64,000 bases of DNA from a bacterium. GTDB lineage: Bacteria; SAR324; NAC60-12. The notes under the pieces were generated by a model. That model was not told the origin of the DNA. It worked only from the letters and a program-made list of their open reading frames with translations, and did not search any database. Location: positions 32,001-96,000 of the forward strand of contig CBDDTI010000746.1 of the NCBI GenBank assembly GCA_965233585.1, written 5' to 3'. Positions 33,175 through 43,210 of the stretch are shown piece by piece (position 1 is the first letter of the stretch; each line of letters begins with the position of its first letter). The position numbers and the translations under genes are program-made.

Positions 33175-33244
33175 ACGTTTTGTTTTGGAAAATAAGTAAA
33201 ACCCAATAGGGTAATCCGTTTGATTGAGAATGACAAGAGATTTT

Positions 33245-34258
33245 TCAGACGACCTCGCCTCCACTCCCGTGACCGCTGACAACAATCTTGCCTTCCTCTT
33301 CCAGACGAGACACAACCTTGATGATTTTTTGCTGAGCTGCCTCTACATCTGCCACTCTCACAGGTCCCATCACTTCCAAATCTTCTTTGATCATGTCTGA
33401 TGCACGGGAAGACATGCTGCTAAAAATCAGCTCTTTGACAGAATCACTTGCCGTTTTCAGTGCTAAGATTAAATCTTGTTGTTCTACCTCTTTCATCACA
33501 ATTTGCATCTGACTGCTGTCAATGAGAACGAGGTCTTCAAAAGTAAACATCAACTCACGAATTTGTTCTGCAAGGTCTGGATTACTTTCTTCAATGGTAG
33601 AAAGAATGCGGGTTTCAGAAGATTTATCAAGAGAGTTTAGAATTTCTGCAACGGACTCTACACCACCAACTTTGGTACCAACAGCAGTGGCAGTCTTCAT
33701 TTCTTCTGAAAGCACATCGTCCATTTCTGCCACAATTCCCGGGGGAATGCTTTCTAAAACAGCCATACGATAAACCACATCAGCCTGCAAATTTTCAGGC
33801 AATTCACGCAAGACCATAGATGCCTGCTCAATGTCAGTTAAATGAGCCATAATCAGGGCGATTGTTTGGGGATGTTCGTGTGCAATGTAGCTCGCAATGG
33901 TTTTGGGGTCCATGAATTTAAGGGAATCCAAAGCACCTTCTTCTTGGTGCGCTTTGAGATTGTCAACAATCCCTGCTGCACGGTCAGACCCCATTGCTTT
34001 AATCAAGGCATTTTTGACAAAATCACCTGTTGCAGTGATTCCCACACCTTCATCTTGCATCACCGATTTTCGGTAAAACTCTTCAAGAACAATATCCAAC
34101 TCTTCAGGGGAGACATCAGAAAAACGTGTCATGTAATACCCAACTTGCTGAATCTCTGTGTCTTCCAAATTTTTGATGACCTCTGATGCTCCCTCTTCTC
34201 CCATTGCCAATAAAAGAATCGCAGCTTTTTTAGGTCCTGTTAGTTTTCCAACCCCCAT
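33245..34258 (-). CDS. fliG: flagellar motor switch protein
   Basis: [29 protein letters not shown]. Confidence 0.96.
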   Translation of the reverse strand: MGVGKLTGPKKAAILLLAMGEEGASEVIKNLEDTEIQQVGYYMTRFSDVSPEELDIVLEEFYRKSVMQDEGVGITATGDFVKNALIKAMGSDRAAGIVDNLKAHQEEGALDSLKFMDPKTIASYIAHEHPQTIALIMAHLTDIEQASMVLRELPENLQADVVYRMAVLESIPPGIVAEMDDVLSEEMKTATAVGTKVGGVESVAEILNSLDKSSETRILSTIEESNPDLAEQIRELMFTFEDLVLIDSSQMQIVMKEVEQQDLILALKTASDSVKELIFSSMSSRASDMIKEDLEVMGPVRVADVEAAQQKIIKVVSRLEEEGKIVVSGHGSGGEVV

Positions 34259-34410
34259 AATGTACTCCTTGAGTGATTAAAAGAAAATAGATACTGCTGG
34301 CTAGCTTGAGCAACTTCAAAACTTGAAAGAGATAAAATATAAGCGTTTTTGGGGATATATTCAATCGTTTTAATCTTTCTCCTCAATGTCTCCAAAGAAC
34401 ATTTCAAGCC

Positions 34411-34884
34411 CTAAACAAATTCTACCTCAACAATTTCAAAATGTCGTGAACCCTTAGGAATTTGAATAGTCACTTCATCGCCAATACTTTTTCCAATCAA
34501 ACCTTTGGCAATGGGTGAGCTAAAAGAGATTTTTCCAAGTTTGGTATCTACCTCATCTTCTCCCACAATTTTGTAAGTTGCCTCTTCTTCTGTGTCAAGG
34601 TCAAACACTGTGACGGTTGCCCCAAACACGACACGTTCACCTGAAAGCGTTGATGGGTCAATGACGTTACAATTTGCTAGCTTGGCATTGATTTCTTGAA
34701 TCCTGCCTTCTATGAATCCCTGTTGTTCTTTGGCGGCATGATATTCTGCATTTTCCTTTAAGTCGCCATGCGCCCGCGCTTCTTCAATGGCTTTGATCAC
34801 ACCTTGACGCTCCACAGTGGTCAAACGTTGTAGCTCTTCTTTAAGAAGTTCATAGCCTTCTTTTGTCATAGGATAGTTTTCCAT
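34411..34884 (-). CDS. greA: transcription elongation factor
   Basis: [29 protein letters not shown]. Confidence 0.98.
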   Translation of the reverse strand: MENYPMTKEGYELLKEELQRLTTVERQGVIKAIEEARAHGDLKENAEYHAAKEQQGFIEGRIQEINAKLANCNVIDPSTLSGERVVFGATVTVFDLDTEEEATYKIVGEDEVDTKLGKISFSSPIAKGLIGKSIGDEVTIQIPKGSRHFEIVEVEFV

Positions 34885-34912
34885 TGTATGTTCCTATTTG
34901 AAAAAATCTAAA

Positions 34913-36616
34913 TTAAATATCTGTTTCAAACTGCAATAAATTTTGTAAAGATGAATCAATCCATTGCACTGCAGTTGCATTCTTTTCTTCCTTGAGTTGC
35001 TTTATTTGTTTTTTCAGCAACTCTAATCCTGTTTGCTGGGTTTGGAGAGATTGACTGCAAAGCTGAAATTGCTCTTGTGTTTTTTGACAGAGTTGACCCA
35101 AATGCTGCCTTGCTGTGCCTTGTGCAATCATCATACCTCCTGCCATGCTTTTTTGAACTCTTGCCAGTGGGAATCTTCTTAAATCTTCACATTCTACGTA
35201 TTCAAAAGGGTCAATCCAAATCGTTTTTTTGCCAACTTGTTGGTAGTCTGATGCGAATAAAATGACTGTTTCCAAGTCTTCATTTTCTTGGTTTTCCAGT
35301 TGCCTTGCATCGGTTAATTGTTGCTGTAAAAATGACGCTGTTTCTCTACAAATTTCTAATAACTCCACTTCTTGATTCAAAATCAGCAAATCTCTTTCAA
35401 TTCTCTTGACGCTCTCCAGCTTTTTTTGTTCGTTTCTGTGGAGTCGTTGCAGGTTTTTTTCAAAGTCTCTTTTTTTTGCAGAATGGTGATGGAATTGCAA
35501 CTGTTCTATCGGAATAAAAGCACTGACTTGTTGGATCATCTTCTGGACGTCATCACTCAAATCATGCTTTTGACCAATCAATTTGACACGAGGAAACGGA
35601 TTAAGCTGAACCCAAATGAATGTGTCTTCTAAAGTGTGTGTGCCATCAGCAAAGTCATCAATCACCTGAACATCTTCAAATCCTTGTTGAGCAAGAATTT
35701 GCATGGCGATTTGATTGATGATTGGAAGGGTTCCAAGGCATCTCACAGGTTTTTTTGTTGAAGTAGAAACTTCCTGTTTGGGAGTATGGATTTGAGAGTT
35801 CAACGTCTCAATCATTTTTTGGAAAGTTTGATTTTCAGGGGACAAGGCATGATAGGAAAGAATGAAATCCAATCGCAAATCTCCTAACTGAAGAGATTGT
35901 AAATCTTCAAGAGTAAGTCCTGCAGAAAAGCTGACACCTTGTGAGTTTTTTAAAATGCCTCTGACTGAAAGCTTTAGAGATTCCTGACCCCGCTTTTGCA
36001 AGGCATATTCTAGCCACTCACTAACAGCTAAACTTTTTTGACCAAGCAAGACTTGTTGAACTTGCGTCAGTGCAATTAGCTCATCTTGGGGCAGTTGTTC
36101 CAACGATTGAGTCACGACTGACCCATGAGAATTTGTGTATTTGATTCGGGTTCGTTTGGCTTCGCTTTCACTGAAATATGAAAAATCCTGTGCCTTTTCA
36201 GCCAGCAGACTTTGTTCTTTCAACACTAAACTTTTTTGAGCATGAGTTGTCAATTTGGGGCTGTATGGCAAAAAAGGAGCAAAATCTTCAGACAGCTTTT
36301 CTACAATTAAACCATAATATGTCTTTTGGGAGGCAAGATGGAGCCTCATTTGCGATAAGAAAAATAAGCAATCGGTAAATGTTTCAAAACCCCTTGGGGT
36401 GATTAATGCCAAGACAGGGGGAGATTGCTGGAGATGCTGGCATGTGGAAATAATCGCTTGCGGTTCAATTTCACGAGAAGACAGAAGTCTGGCACTGATG
36501 AGGTGGGGCTTCAGAGGAGCTTGAATGGAGCGGAAAATCTTTTTCCAATGAGATTTTGTTAATCCCAAACCAAAAATGAGCATATCAAAAGCAAAATAAG
36601 GTTTGCAATCAGCCAA
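34913..36616 (-). CDS. hypothetical protein with C-terminal coiled coils
   Basis: 567-aa ORF, co-oriented with its neighbours; no motif recognised. Confidence 0.6.
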   Translation of the reverse strand: MADCKPYFAFDMLIFGLGLTKSHWKKIFRSIQAPLKPHLISARLLSSREIEPQAIISTCQHLQQSPPVLALITPRGFETFTDCLFFLSQMRLHLASQKTYYGLIVEKLSEDFAPFLPYSPKLTTHAQKSLVLKEQSLLAEKAQDFSYFSESEAKRTRIKYTNSHGSVVTQSLEQLPQDELIALTQVQQVLLGQKSLAVSEWLEYALQKRGQESLKLSVRGILKNSQGVSFSAGLTLEDLQSLQLGDLRLDFILSYHALSPENQTFQKMIETLNSQIHTPKQEVSTSTKKPVRCLGTLPIINQIAMQILAQQGFEDVQVIDDFADGTHTLEDTFIWVQLNPFPRVKLIGQKHDLSDDVQKMIQQVSAFIPIEQLQFHHHSAKKRDFEKNLQRLHRNEQKKLESVKRIERDLLILNQEVELLEICRETASFLQQQLTDARQLENQENEDLETVILFASDYQQVGKKTIWIDPFEYVECEDLRRFPLARVQKSMAGGMMIAQGTARQHLGQLCQKTQEQFQLCSQSLQTQQTGLELLKKQIKQLKEEKNATAVQWIDSSLQNLLQFETDI

Positions 36617-36645
36617 TCTGTTGCAAACCTTCTAAAAAAGACAAC

Positions 36646-37242
36646 CTAACTTCCAGCACTAGCACTAGCGCCAGCACTGGCGATGGAATTGTTAGCGATG
36701 GAATTTTCTAGCTCTTCTATGTCGCTAGATTTGCCAATATATTTGGGAACTTCTTTTGGAGGCTCAACCCACGAGCGACCATAAATTTCAGACTCCATTT
36801 TTCTTCTCCACTCACAGGCTAGTTGAAATGCCTTTTGTTCCCCATATTTATTGACTGAAAACATACGGCAGCGGTGTGAGCGATACTTGGGACTCCAAGA
36901 GACAGAAAAATATTCGCTGTAAACACCATTGCGATTCCGTTTACGTGTCCGACAAACACCAATCACACCTGTTTTATTACGGCTGTCTTTGTTGACAACA
37001 CGCCTTGCAGGGTAGGTTTTTCCGATTCTCTGAATCAGATCATTGCGATACTCCAATGCCTTTTGTAAAGAGACTTCACGCCCGCCAAATTTTCGGTCGC
37101 TAAACAGTTTGGAGTATGTCTCACTGTCGTTGTAAATCCGAACAAACCAGCCGTGTGTGTCCTTGGAGTCAAGACGGCTGATGCCTCTATAACCCGAACT
37201 ATTGCTCGCATGTCCGTCATTGTGTACTAGTTGACTTATCAT
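36646..37242 (-). CDS. tandem AP2-domain DNA-binding protein
   Basis: SGYRGISR...WFVRI...KLFSDRKFGG...ALEYR and TGVIGVCR...SVSW...FSVNKYGEQKAFQLACEWR. Confidence 0.75.
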   Translation of the reverse strand: MISQLVHNDGHASNSSGYRGISRLDSKDTHGWFVRIYNDSETYSKLFSDRKFGGREVSLQKALEYRNDLIQRIGKTYPARRVVNKDSRNKTGVIGVCRTRKRNRNGVYSEYFSVSWSPKYRSHRCRMFSVNKYGEQKAFQLACEWRRKMESEIYGRSWVEPPKEVPKYIGKSSDIEELENSIANNSIASAGASASAGS

Positions 37243-37334
37243 TGTGTCCTCATAATAAAAAATTAATAAAATGATATTAAAATGACGATTATGAATGCTT
37301 TTCTAATTTAATGCAACCTTTTTTCTTAATTTTC

Positions 37335-38129
37335 TTAATTTTCACAAAAAAAAGCCTGCATAGGTTGAACAAAGCCAGAAAATCCGTCAGATTCAGCATC
37401 AGGTAATTGTGAATCTCCGTAATGATAAATCCATATTTTATGACGAATTTCAGGCGGGAGAGAAAGCAACTGATTGTATGACGCATGCACACCAAGTGAA
37501 TTGTTCTCTCCGCTATCAAATAATTGGCAATCGTGAAAGATAAGACTGCAATTTTCAAAGCCATATCGTATGTATTCAGGAGTGAAGCGAACATCTCCAC
37601 TGTATAAAAATCGTTTCTCTTTTTCCAAAGAGCCATTTGCCAATTCTATCCCGTATGTTTCCAAATTCAATACGTGATTATTGGTGTGTAGTTTCAGCAG
37701 CAAAGGGCTTTCTTCAGGGGAAATGGCAACCCATTGATGCTTGTCAATAGGCATCGGGGTAAAGTAGTCTTCCAAGGTTTGAGCTTGGGCATCATTTGGA
37801 GTGGCTTCTAAAAACTCTAAACCGCCACGCAAGCTACAATTCCACAAACGTTCTAGTATAGAAGCCGTGGAAAGTATCTTGATTTTTTTCTTGTACACCA
37901 TACGCATCATAATTGCAACTTGCTCCAATCCGGCAATATGGTCTGCGTGAAGATGAGAAATAAAAATATGAGTCACATTTTTGAAACCACACATTTTCTC
38001 ATCAAGAACGGCTGGAATCGGTTGCCCACAGTCCAATAAGAGCTTCACAGAGCCTGACTCAACTAATGCCGCACTTGTCCCGTAGAGTTTTGAAAATGCA
38101 GAGCCAACACCCAAAAAAGTAATTTTCAT
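37335..38129 (-). CDS. MBL-fold metallo-hydrolase (RNase Z-like)
   Basis: FLGVGSAF, LDCG, SHLHADH, YSGD, HDCQ. Confidence 0.9.
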   Translation of the reverse strand: MKITFLGVGSAFSKLYGTSAALVESGSVKLLLDCGQPIPAVLDEKMCGFKNVTHIFISHLHADHIAGLEQVAIMMRMVYKKKIKILSTASILERLWNCSLRGGLEFLEATPNDAQAQTLEDYFTPMPIDKHQWVAISPEESPLLLKLHTNNHVLNLETYGIELANGSLEKEKRFLYSGDVRFTPEYIRYGFENCSLIFHDCQLFDSGENNSLGVHASYNQLLSLPPEIRHKIWIYHYGDSQLPDAESDGFSGFVQPMQAFFCEN

Positions 38130-38860
38130 GCTGTCAGTGCCTCTTGCAGAAAATCACTCAAAACTTTGACATGAGAGACTTCATTTGACTGCATATCTCC
38201 CAAGATTTGACTGACCTGATGAGAAAGAACATTGTTATAGTTTTCTAACAACGACATTTCTTTTAAAGAGATAATCGTCCCAAAAAGTAATCCATATTGG
38301 AGCAAAATTTTTTGTACAGAATCATCATGTCCCAAGGTCATAGAAGCCCCTTTGGACACAGTGGCGAACAAATAAGCAAAGCGGTTCTGAATCATCTGTA
38401 AAAAACTCTCTGGTGTTGAGTCAAGATTTAATTCTTGACCTTGCCCTAATGCCACCTTAGAGGTGGTGGTTGCAATCAATTCCAACGCGTCCCACCTTTG
38501 CAAATCGTTCACCATCTTCAAAGCCAACGTCAACAAATAGTCCCCAGACAAGATTTGAGTCTCTCCGCTTGTCTTCCAAAGGATTTGTTGTTGATGATGC
38601 CTCAATGCCATCGTACCCTCAGCCTGACGATGAAGCATCGCCGCCAGAGACAAGCATTCTACTGCTGATACAATTTGCCAAAAGTCATCAGTCTCTTGAC
38701 CAAAAAAAACTAACATTGTTGAGGCAAGCCTTATTCTTTGGGAAGAGAAAACAGCCTGTTGCAAGGATTCTTCAATTTCTTCTTGAAATGGCACAGAGGA
38801 ATCTATGTAAGGCTTAACCAACTTCAAAACCTTTTGATATTCAGGCTCGCAGGGTAACAA
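38126..38860 (-). CDS. polyprenyl synthetase-like protein lacking both DDxxD motifs
   Basis: ILSGDYLL and GQGQEL retained; MLHRQAE at the first Asp-rich position and LFGTIISL at the second. Confidence 0.7.
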   Translation of the reverse strand: MLPCEPEYQKVLKLVKPYIDSSVPFQEEIEESLQQAVFSSQRIRLASTMLVFFGQETDDFWQIVSAVECLSLAAMLHRQAEGTMALRHHQQQILWKTSGETQILSGDYLLTLALKMVNDLQRWDALELIATTTSKVALGQGQELNLDSTPESFLQMIQNRFAYLFATVSKGASMTLGHDDSVQKILLQYGLLFGTIISLKEMSLLENYNNVLSHQVSQILGDMQSNEVSHVKVLSDFLQEALTA

Positions 38861-39024
38861 AAGTTATTTTATGTGTTTGAGAAGAGAGAATCATCTCAAA
38901 ATACTAGCATGGTGAAATGCGTTTGACTAGCTTAATTTGAGTTTTGGGGAAGAAAGAACCGTATTGATGAACTTCTGATTTTCCTAAAAAATGAGGACAA
39001 TTTGATGTTTTGAAAAAAAATCGC

Positions 39025-39053
39025 TTGCTTTTCATTTGTTCATTCGTTACAAT
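39025..39053 (+). promoter_or_regulatory. sigma70-type promoter for the phase-variable lipoprotein
   Basis: TTGCTT-17 nt-TACAAT; AAGAAGG RBS ends 7 nt before ATG 39130. Confidence 0.6.
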
Positions 39054-39129
39054 GCTTTCCTTTTTCTCCTTGCTGTTTAGATGATGTTCTAAATAGCGTC
39101 TTTTTACAAACTTTAAAGAAGGTCATCTC

Positions 39130-40882
39130 ATGGAAAATTTATCCGCAATCCGCAATCCGCAATCCGCAATCCGCAATCCGCAATCCGCAATCCGCAATCC
39201 GCAATCCGCAATCCGCAATCCGCAATCCGCAATCCGCAATCCGCAATCCGCAATCCGCAATCCGCAATCTATATAGGCTAAATCAGCTTTTTCAAAAGTC
39301 AAGACAAAAATCGCAAACTTTTTGCTTTTTTGTCAAAAAATTTCCTCATCTACTCAAACCTCACTTCTTCAAACTTTTTCTCGTTCCTCTCACTCTTTTT
39401 GTTTTTTCTGCTTGTGGTGAAGACACACCTTTTAAAAATGCCAAAGAAGAAGAAGCTCAAGAGTCCCAAACTAACCAAGAAGAAAAGACTCCAGATTTAT
39501 CGGGGGCGTCAACTTTTGTTGAAAAGAGGGCATTTACAGGCAATCAACATGGTTGTCCCAACGGGGGTGTAGAGCTTAAAATCGGCTTTGATTATGACAA
39601 CAATGGCAAGCTAGAAGGCAAAGAGCATGTCAGCACAGAATACATTTGTCATGGACGAGATGGACAAAAAGGAGACGCTGGAAAAGATGGACAAAAAGGA
39701 GATTCAGATCAAATTCTCATAGGTTCAAGCAAAATCAAAGACCCCAAGACAGGCAAACTTGTGACCAAAAATTACACCGTCAAAGAGATTGTCAACTTAA
39801 ATATCAGGTCAAAGGGAACGGCAGGAGAAAGACGTAATGCTGGTAGCACCGAATTTGCCCCCTATTTTTACGGCAACAAGTTGTACTATGACGACCCAGT
39901 TAAAGATGAAACTTCTGAAGTCCAAATCAATTTAGATGAGTCTTTAAGTAACAATGTCATGTTTAGTGCTATGAATAAGACGTTGATGTTGCTGAGGAAA
40001 ACAGGGGAGCTTTACGAACTCAAAGACGGACAAGCCAAACTTTTAGACACTCAAAATGACTTTAAAGACCTAAAGACGTCCTTTGTCAAAAGTAGTCCTG
40101 ACGGTTTTTATTTTACTGACAATAAGAATAACGGAGATAATCAGGTCTTCCAGTACGAAATCAATGCTAAACAATTAACCCAGCTCAAAGCAAACAATCA
40201 GCCCGTTGTAGCAAAACAAATAGCAACCAGTGGCTCAAGTCTCTATTACTCGCTTCATATTTCTGGTTCTGGAAGTTATGTCTATCATTATGACGTATCA
40301 GGGAGTCAGGAAGTTTTTAATGGAAGAGGTTATTATGGTTCCTATCATAGGTTGGTACACTTTAAGGGGGAGGTTTATTTTTCCGATGGAGACTCTTTAA
40401 ACAAAGTTTCAGGCAATTCTTCTGTTGAAATCTTGAAAGGTCAGACGTTTTCTTTATTCAAGAGCAGTGAGAAGCTGTGGACGGACCTAAAATTGACAGG
40501 CAATAAAATCCCAGCAGATTTGGTGGGTTTGGGACGATACATCATAAATAGACATGACTTTTCTACTCAATTTAACAATTCAATCTATTATGTTGATTTG
40601 GGATTGAATAAACTGCATGCTGATGGAACATATGAGACAATGACAAACTCTGGCGTAAATGGTGTGGGTTCTAGCCAAGATTATTTGTTTGTGAGTGTGA
40701 ATTCAGACAGAAGCCCTGCGTTATGGTTCAAGTCAAAAGATGGTGACTTTGTGCCTGTTGGGTCAGGTAGCAACTTTACGAAAGGTAGCAACTTAAAAGT
40801 AGTTGGTGATGTGGTTTATATCGTAGCGTCAAAAGGTGTGATGAAAGGCAGGGCGGTTTTTCGTTTTAAATTTAAAGATTGA
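39130..40882 (+). pseudogene. phase-variable surface lipoprotein, currently out of frame
   Basis: ATG 39130 reads into TAG 39274. The +1 frame is open from the repeat through lipobox FSA-C (39413), a CPNGGV..G.D.DNNGKL...C.G motif and short G-X-Y triplets into ORF 39761-40882. Confidence 0.85.
39141..39269 (+). repeat. perfect heptanucleotide SSR (ATCCGCA)18 plus ATC
   Basis: Counted directly; 18 uninterrupted units. Confidence 0.98.
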
Positions 40883-40938
40883 TTGAACTTAAAAATTGAT
40901 TAAACTCAAAATCTGATTTTTTTTCTCCAGCCCTTCAA

Positions 40939-40964
40939 AAAGAGTGTCAAACTTGGCACTCTTT
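40939..40964. terminator. bidirectional terminator hairpin
   Basis: AAAGAGTGTCAA-AC-TTGGCACTCTTT between convergent genes. Confidence 0.65.
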
Positions 40965-40997
40965 GCTTTCTTCTCTGCTTTGCATCCTTCAACGCTT

Positions 40998-41357
40998 CTA
41001 ACCCAGCACTTTCAAGAATCCAATAATAAAAATGGTAGAAGACAGAGTCAAACCCAAAGACCAGAACATAAAGCGATCCATTCTGGCATTGACCATCTCA
41101 AATCCCCTTTGCATATCCTCACGCAAGTCTTTCATATCTTTTTTCATGTCCTCACGGAGTTCTTTCATATCTTCACGCAAGTCTTTCATGTCTTAACGCA
41201 ATTCTACGTCAAGATGATGAAAGTGATTGGTCTGTGACTTGAGGATCATAATGAGCTTGTCATCTTGAGAAAGCGGTTCTTCACCTTTTCTCAATTTATC
41301 TAATACCCGCCTGCTTTCTTCTGCAAGATATTCATCAAAAATATTACTTTCAAACAT
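40998..41357 (-). pseudogene. coiled-coil membrane-anchored paralog E, nonsense mutation
   Basis: Near copy of 41803-42162 with CAA>TAA at 41193-41195. Confidence 0.88.
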
Positions 41358-41383
41358 AATTTATTTTTTACCTTTCAATGCTT

Positions 41384-41776
41384 TTAACCCAGCACTTTGA
41401 GAAATCCAATAATAAAAATGGTGGAAGACAAGGTCAAACCTAAAGACCAGAACATAAAACGGTCCATTCTGGCATTGACCATCTCAAATCTAGCATTGAC
41501 CATTTCAAATCCCTTTTTCATGTCCTCACGGAGTTCTCTATTTTCTTGTTTCATATCCTCACGGAGTTCTTTAATTTCTTGTTTCATATCCTCACGCAAG
41601 TCTTTCATGTCCTGACGCAACTCTACGTCAAGATGATGAAAATGATTGGTTTGTGATTTGAGAATCATAATGAGCTTGTCATCTTGAGAAAGCGGTTCTT
41701 CACCTTTTCTCAATTTATCTAATACCCGCTTGCTTTCTTCTGCAAGATATTCATCAAAAATATTACTTTCAAACAT
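41384..41776 (-). CDS. coiled-coil membrane-anchored paralog D (130 aa; Bdr/CCDC90-like architecture)
   Basis: Conserved head MFESNIFDEYL, EDMKELR-type repeats, C-terminal TM helix. Confidence 0.85.
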   Translation of the reverse strand: MFESNIFDEYLAEESKRVLDKLRKGEEPLSQDDKLIMILKSQTNHFHHLDVELRQDMKDLREDMKQEIKELREDMKQENRELREDMKKGFEMVNARFEMVNARMDRFMFWSLGLTLSSTIFIIGFLKVLG

Positions 41777-41802
41777 AATTTATTTTTTACCTTTCAATGC
41801 TT

Positions 41803-42162
41803 TTAACCCAGCACTTTGAGAAATCCAATAATAAAAATGGTGGAAGACAAGGTCAAACCCAAAGACCAGAACATAAAACGGTCCATTCTGGCATTGACCA
41901 TCTCAAATCCCCTTTGCATATCCTCACGCAAGTCTTTCATATCTTTTTTCATGTCCTCACGGAGTTCTTTCATATCTTCACGCAAGTCTTTCATGTCTTG
42001 ACGCAATTCTACGTCAAGATGATGAAAGTGATTGGTCTGTGACTTGAGAATCATAATGAGCTTGTCATCTTGAGAAAGCGGTTCTTCACCTTTTCTCAAT
42101 TTATCTAATACCCGCCTGCTTTCTTCTGCAAGATATTCATCAAAAATATTACTTTCAAACAT
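41803..42162 (-). CDS. coiled-coil membrane-anchored paralog C (119 aa)
   Basis: Same head, repeats and TM anchor as D. Confidence 0.85.
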   Translation of the reverse strand: MFESNIFDEYLAEESRRVLDKLRKGEEPLSQDDKLIMILKSQTNHFHHLDVELRQDMKDLREDMKELREDMKKDMKDLREDMQRGFEMVNARMDRFMFWSLGLTLSSTIFIIGFLKVLG

Positions 42163-42188
42163 AATTTATTTTTTACCTTTCAATGCTT

Positions 42189-42569
42189 TTAACCCAGCAC
42201 TTTGAGAAATCCAATAATAAAAATGGTGGAAGACAAGGTCAAACCTAAAGACCAGAACATAAAACGGTCCATTCTGGCATTGACCATCTCAAATCTAGCA
42301 TTGACCATTTCAAATCCCTTTTTCATGTCCTCACGGAGTTCTCTATTTTCTTGTTTCATATCCTCACGGAGTTCTTTCATGTCTTCACGGAGTTCTTTCA
42401 TGTCCTGACGCAACTCTACGTCAAGATGATGAAAGTGATTGGTTTGTGATTTGAGAATCATAATGAGTTTGTCATCTTGAGAAAGAGGCTCTTCGCCTTT
42501 TCTCAATTTGTCCAACACCCGCTTGCTTTCTTCTGCAAGATACTCATCAAAGATGTTACTTTCAAACAT
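42189..42569 (-). CDS. coiled-coil membrane-anchored paralog B (126 aa)
   Basis: Same architecture; FEMVNAR duplicated as in D. Confidence 0.85.
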   Translation of the reverse strand: MFESNIFDEYLAEESKRVLDKLRKGEEPLSQDDKLIMILKSQTNHFHHLDVELRQDMKELREDMKELREDMKQENRELREDMKKGFEMVNARFEMVNARMDRFMFWSLGLTLSSTIFIIGFLKVLG

Positions 42570-42596
42570 GATTTACTTTTTTACCTCCCGATACCT

Positions 42597-43109
42597 TTAA
42601 CCCAGCACTTTGAGAAATCCAATAATAAAAATGGTGGAAGACAAGGTCAAACCCAAAGACCAGAACATAAAACGGTCCATTCTGGCATTGACCATCTCAA
42701 ATCCTTTTTTCATATCCTCACGGAGTTCCTTATTTTCTCTTTGCATGTCCTCACGGAGTTCCTTATTTTCTCTTTTCATATCTTCACGGAGTTCTTTCAT
42801 GTCTCTTTGCATGTCCTCACGCAAATCTTTCATATCTCTTTGCATGTCCTCACGCAAGTCTTTCATATCTCTTTTCATATCCTCACGGAGTTCTTTCATA
42901 TCCTCACGGAGTTCTTTCATGTCTTCACGGAGTTCTTTCATATCCTCACGCAATTCCACGTCAAGATGATGAAAATGATTGGTTTGTGATTTGAGAATCA
43001 TAATGAGCTTGTCATCTTGAGAAAGAGGTTCTTCACCTTTTCTCAATTTATCCAACACCCGCTTGCTTTCTTCTGCAAGATACTCATCAAAAATATTACT
43101 TTCAAACAT
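42597..43109 (-). CDS. coiled-coil membrane-anchored paralog A (170 aa, longest stalk)
   Basis: Same architecture; 7-aa and 11-aa repeat units. Confidence 0.85.
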   Translation of the reverse strand: MFESNIFDEYLAEESKRVLDKLRKGEEPLSQDDKLIMILKSQTNHFHHLDVELREDMKELREDMKELREDMKELREDMKRDMKDLREDMQRDMKDLREDMQRDMKELREDMKRENKELREDMQRENKELREDMKKGFEMVNARMDRFMFWSLGLTLSSTIFIIGFLKVLG

Positions 43110-43210
43110 GGCTTTTCTACTGCAGGATCCGAATCATAGTTTTATTGAAGAAACTTTAAATTTGTAAAAGAAGTCTCTTGTGTCTAAAGTATCAATCATC
43201 AAAAGGGGTG

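Noticed and set aside
33175..33315. N-terminal extension of L13 overlapping fliG
   Set aside because: L13 similarity begins at MKTISAKK (33174); the extension is an ORF-caller artefact
39330..39572. 80-aa ORF downstream of the SSR, and 39761 as a true start
   Set aside because: The lipobox-containing frame continuous with 39761-40882 explains the region; 39330 is an off-frame overlap
41397..42989. Plus-strand ORFs repeated across the coiled-coil array
   Set aside because: Antisense shadows of low-complexity repeats (SSRSSF-rich) with no independent support
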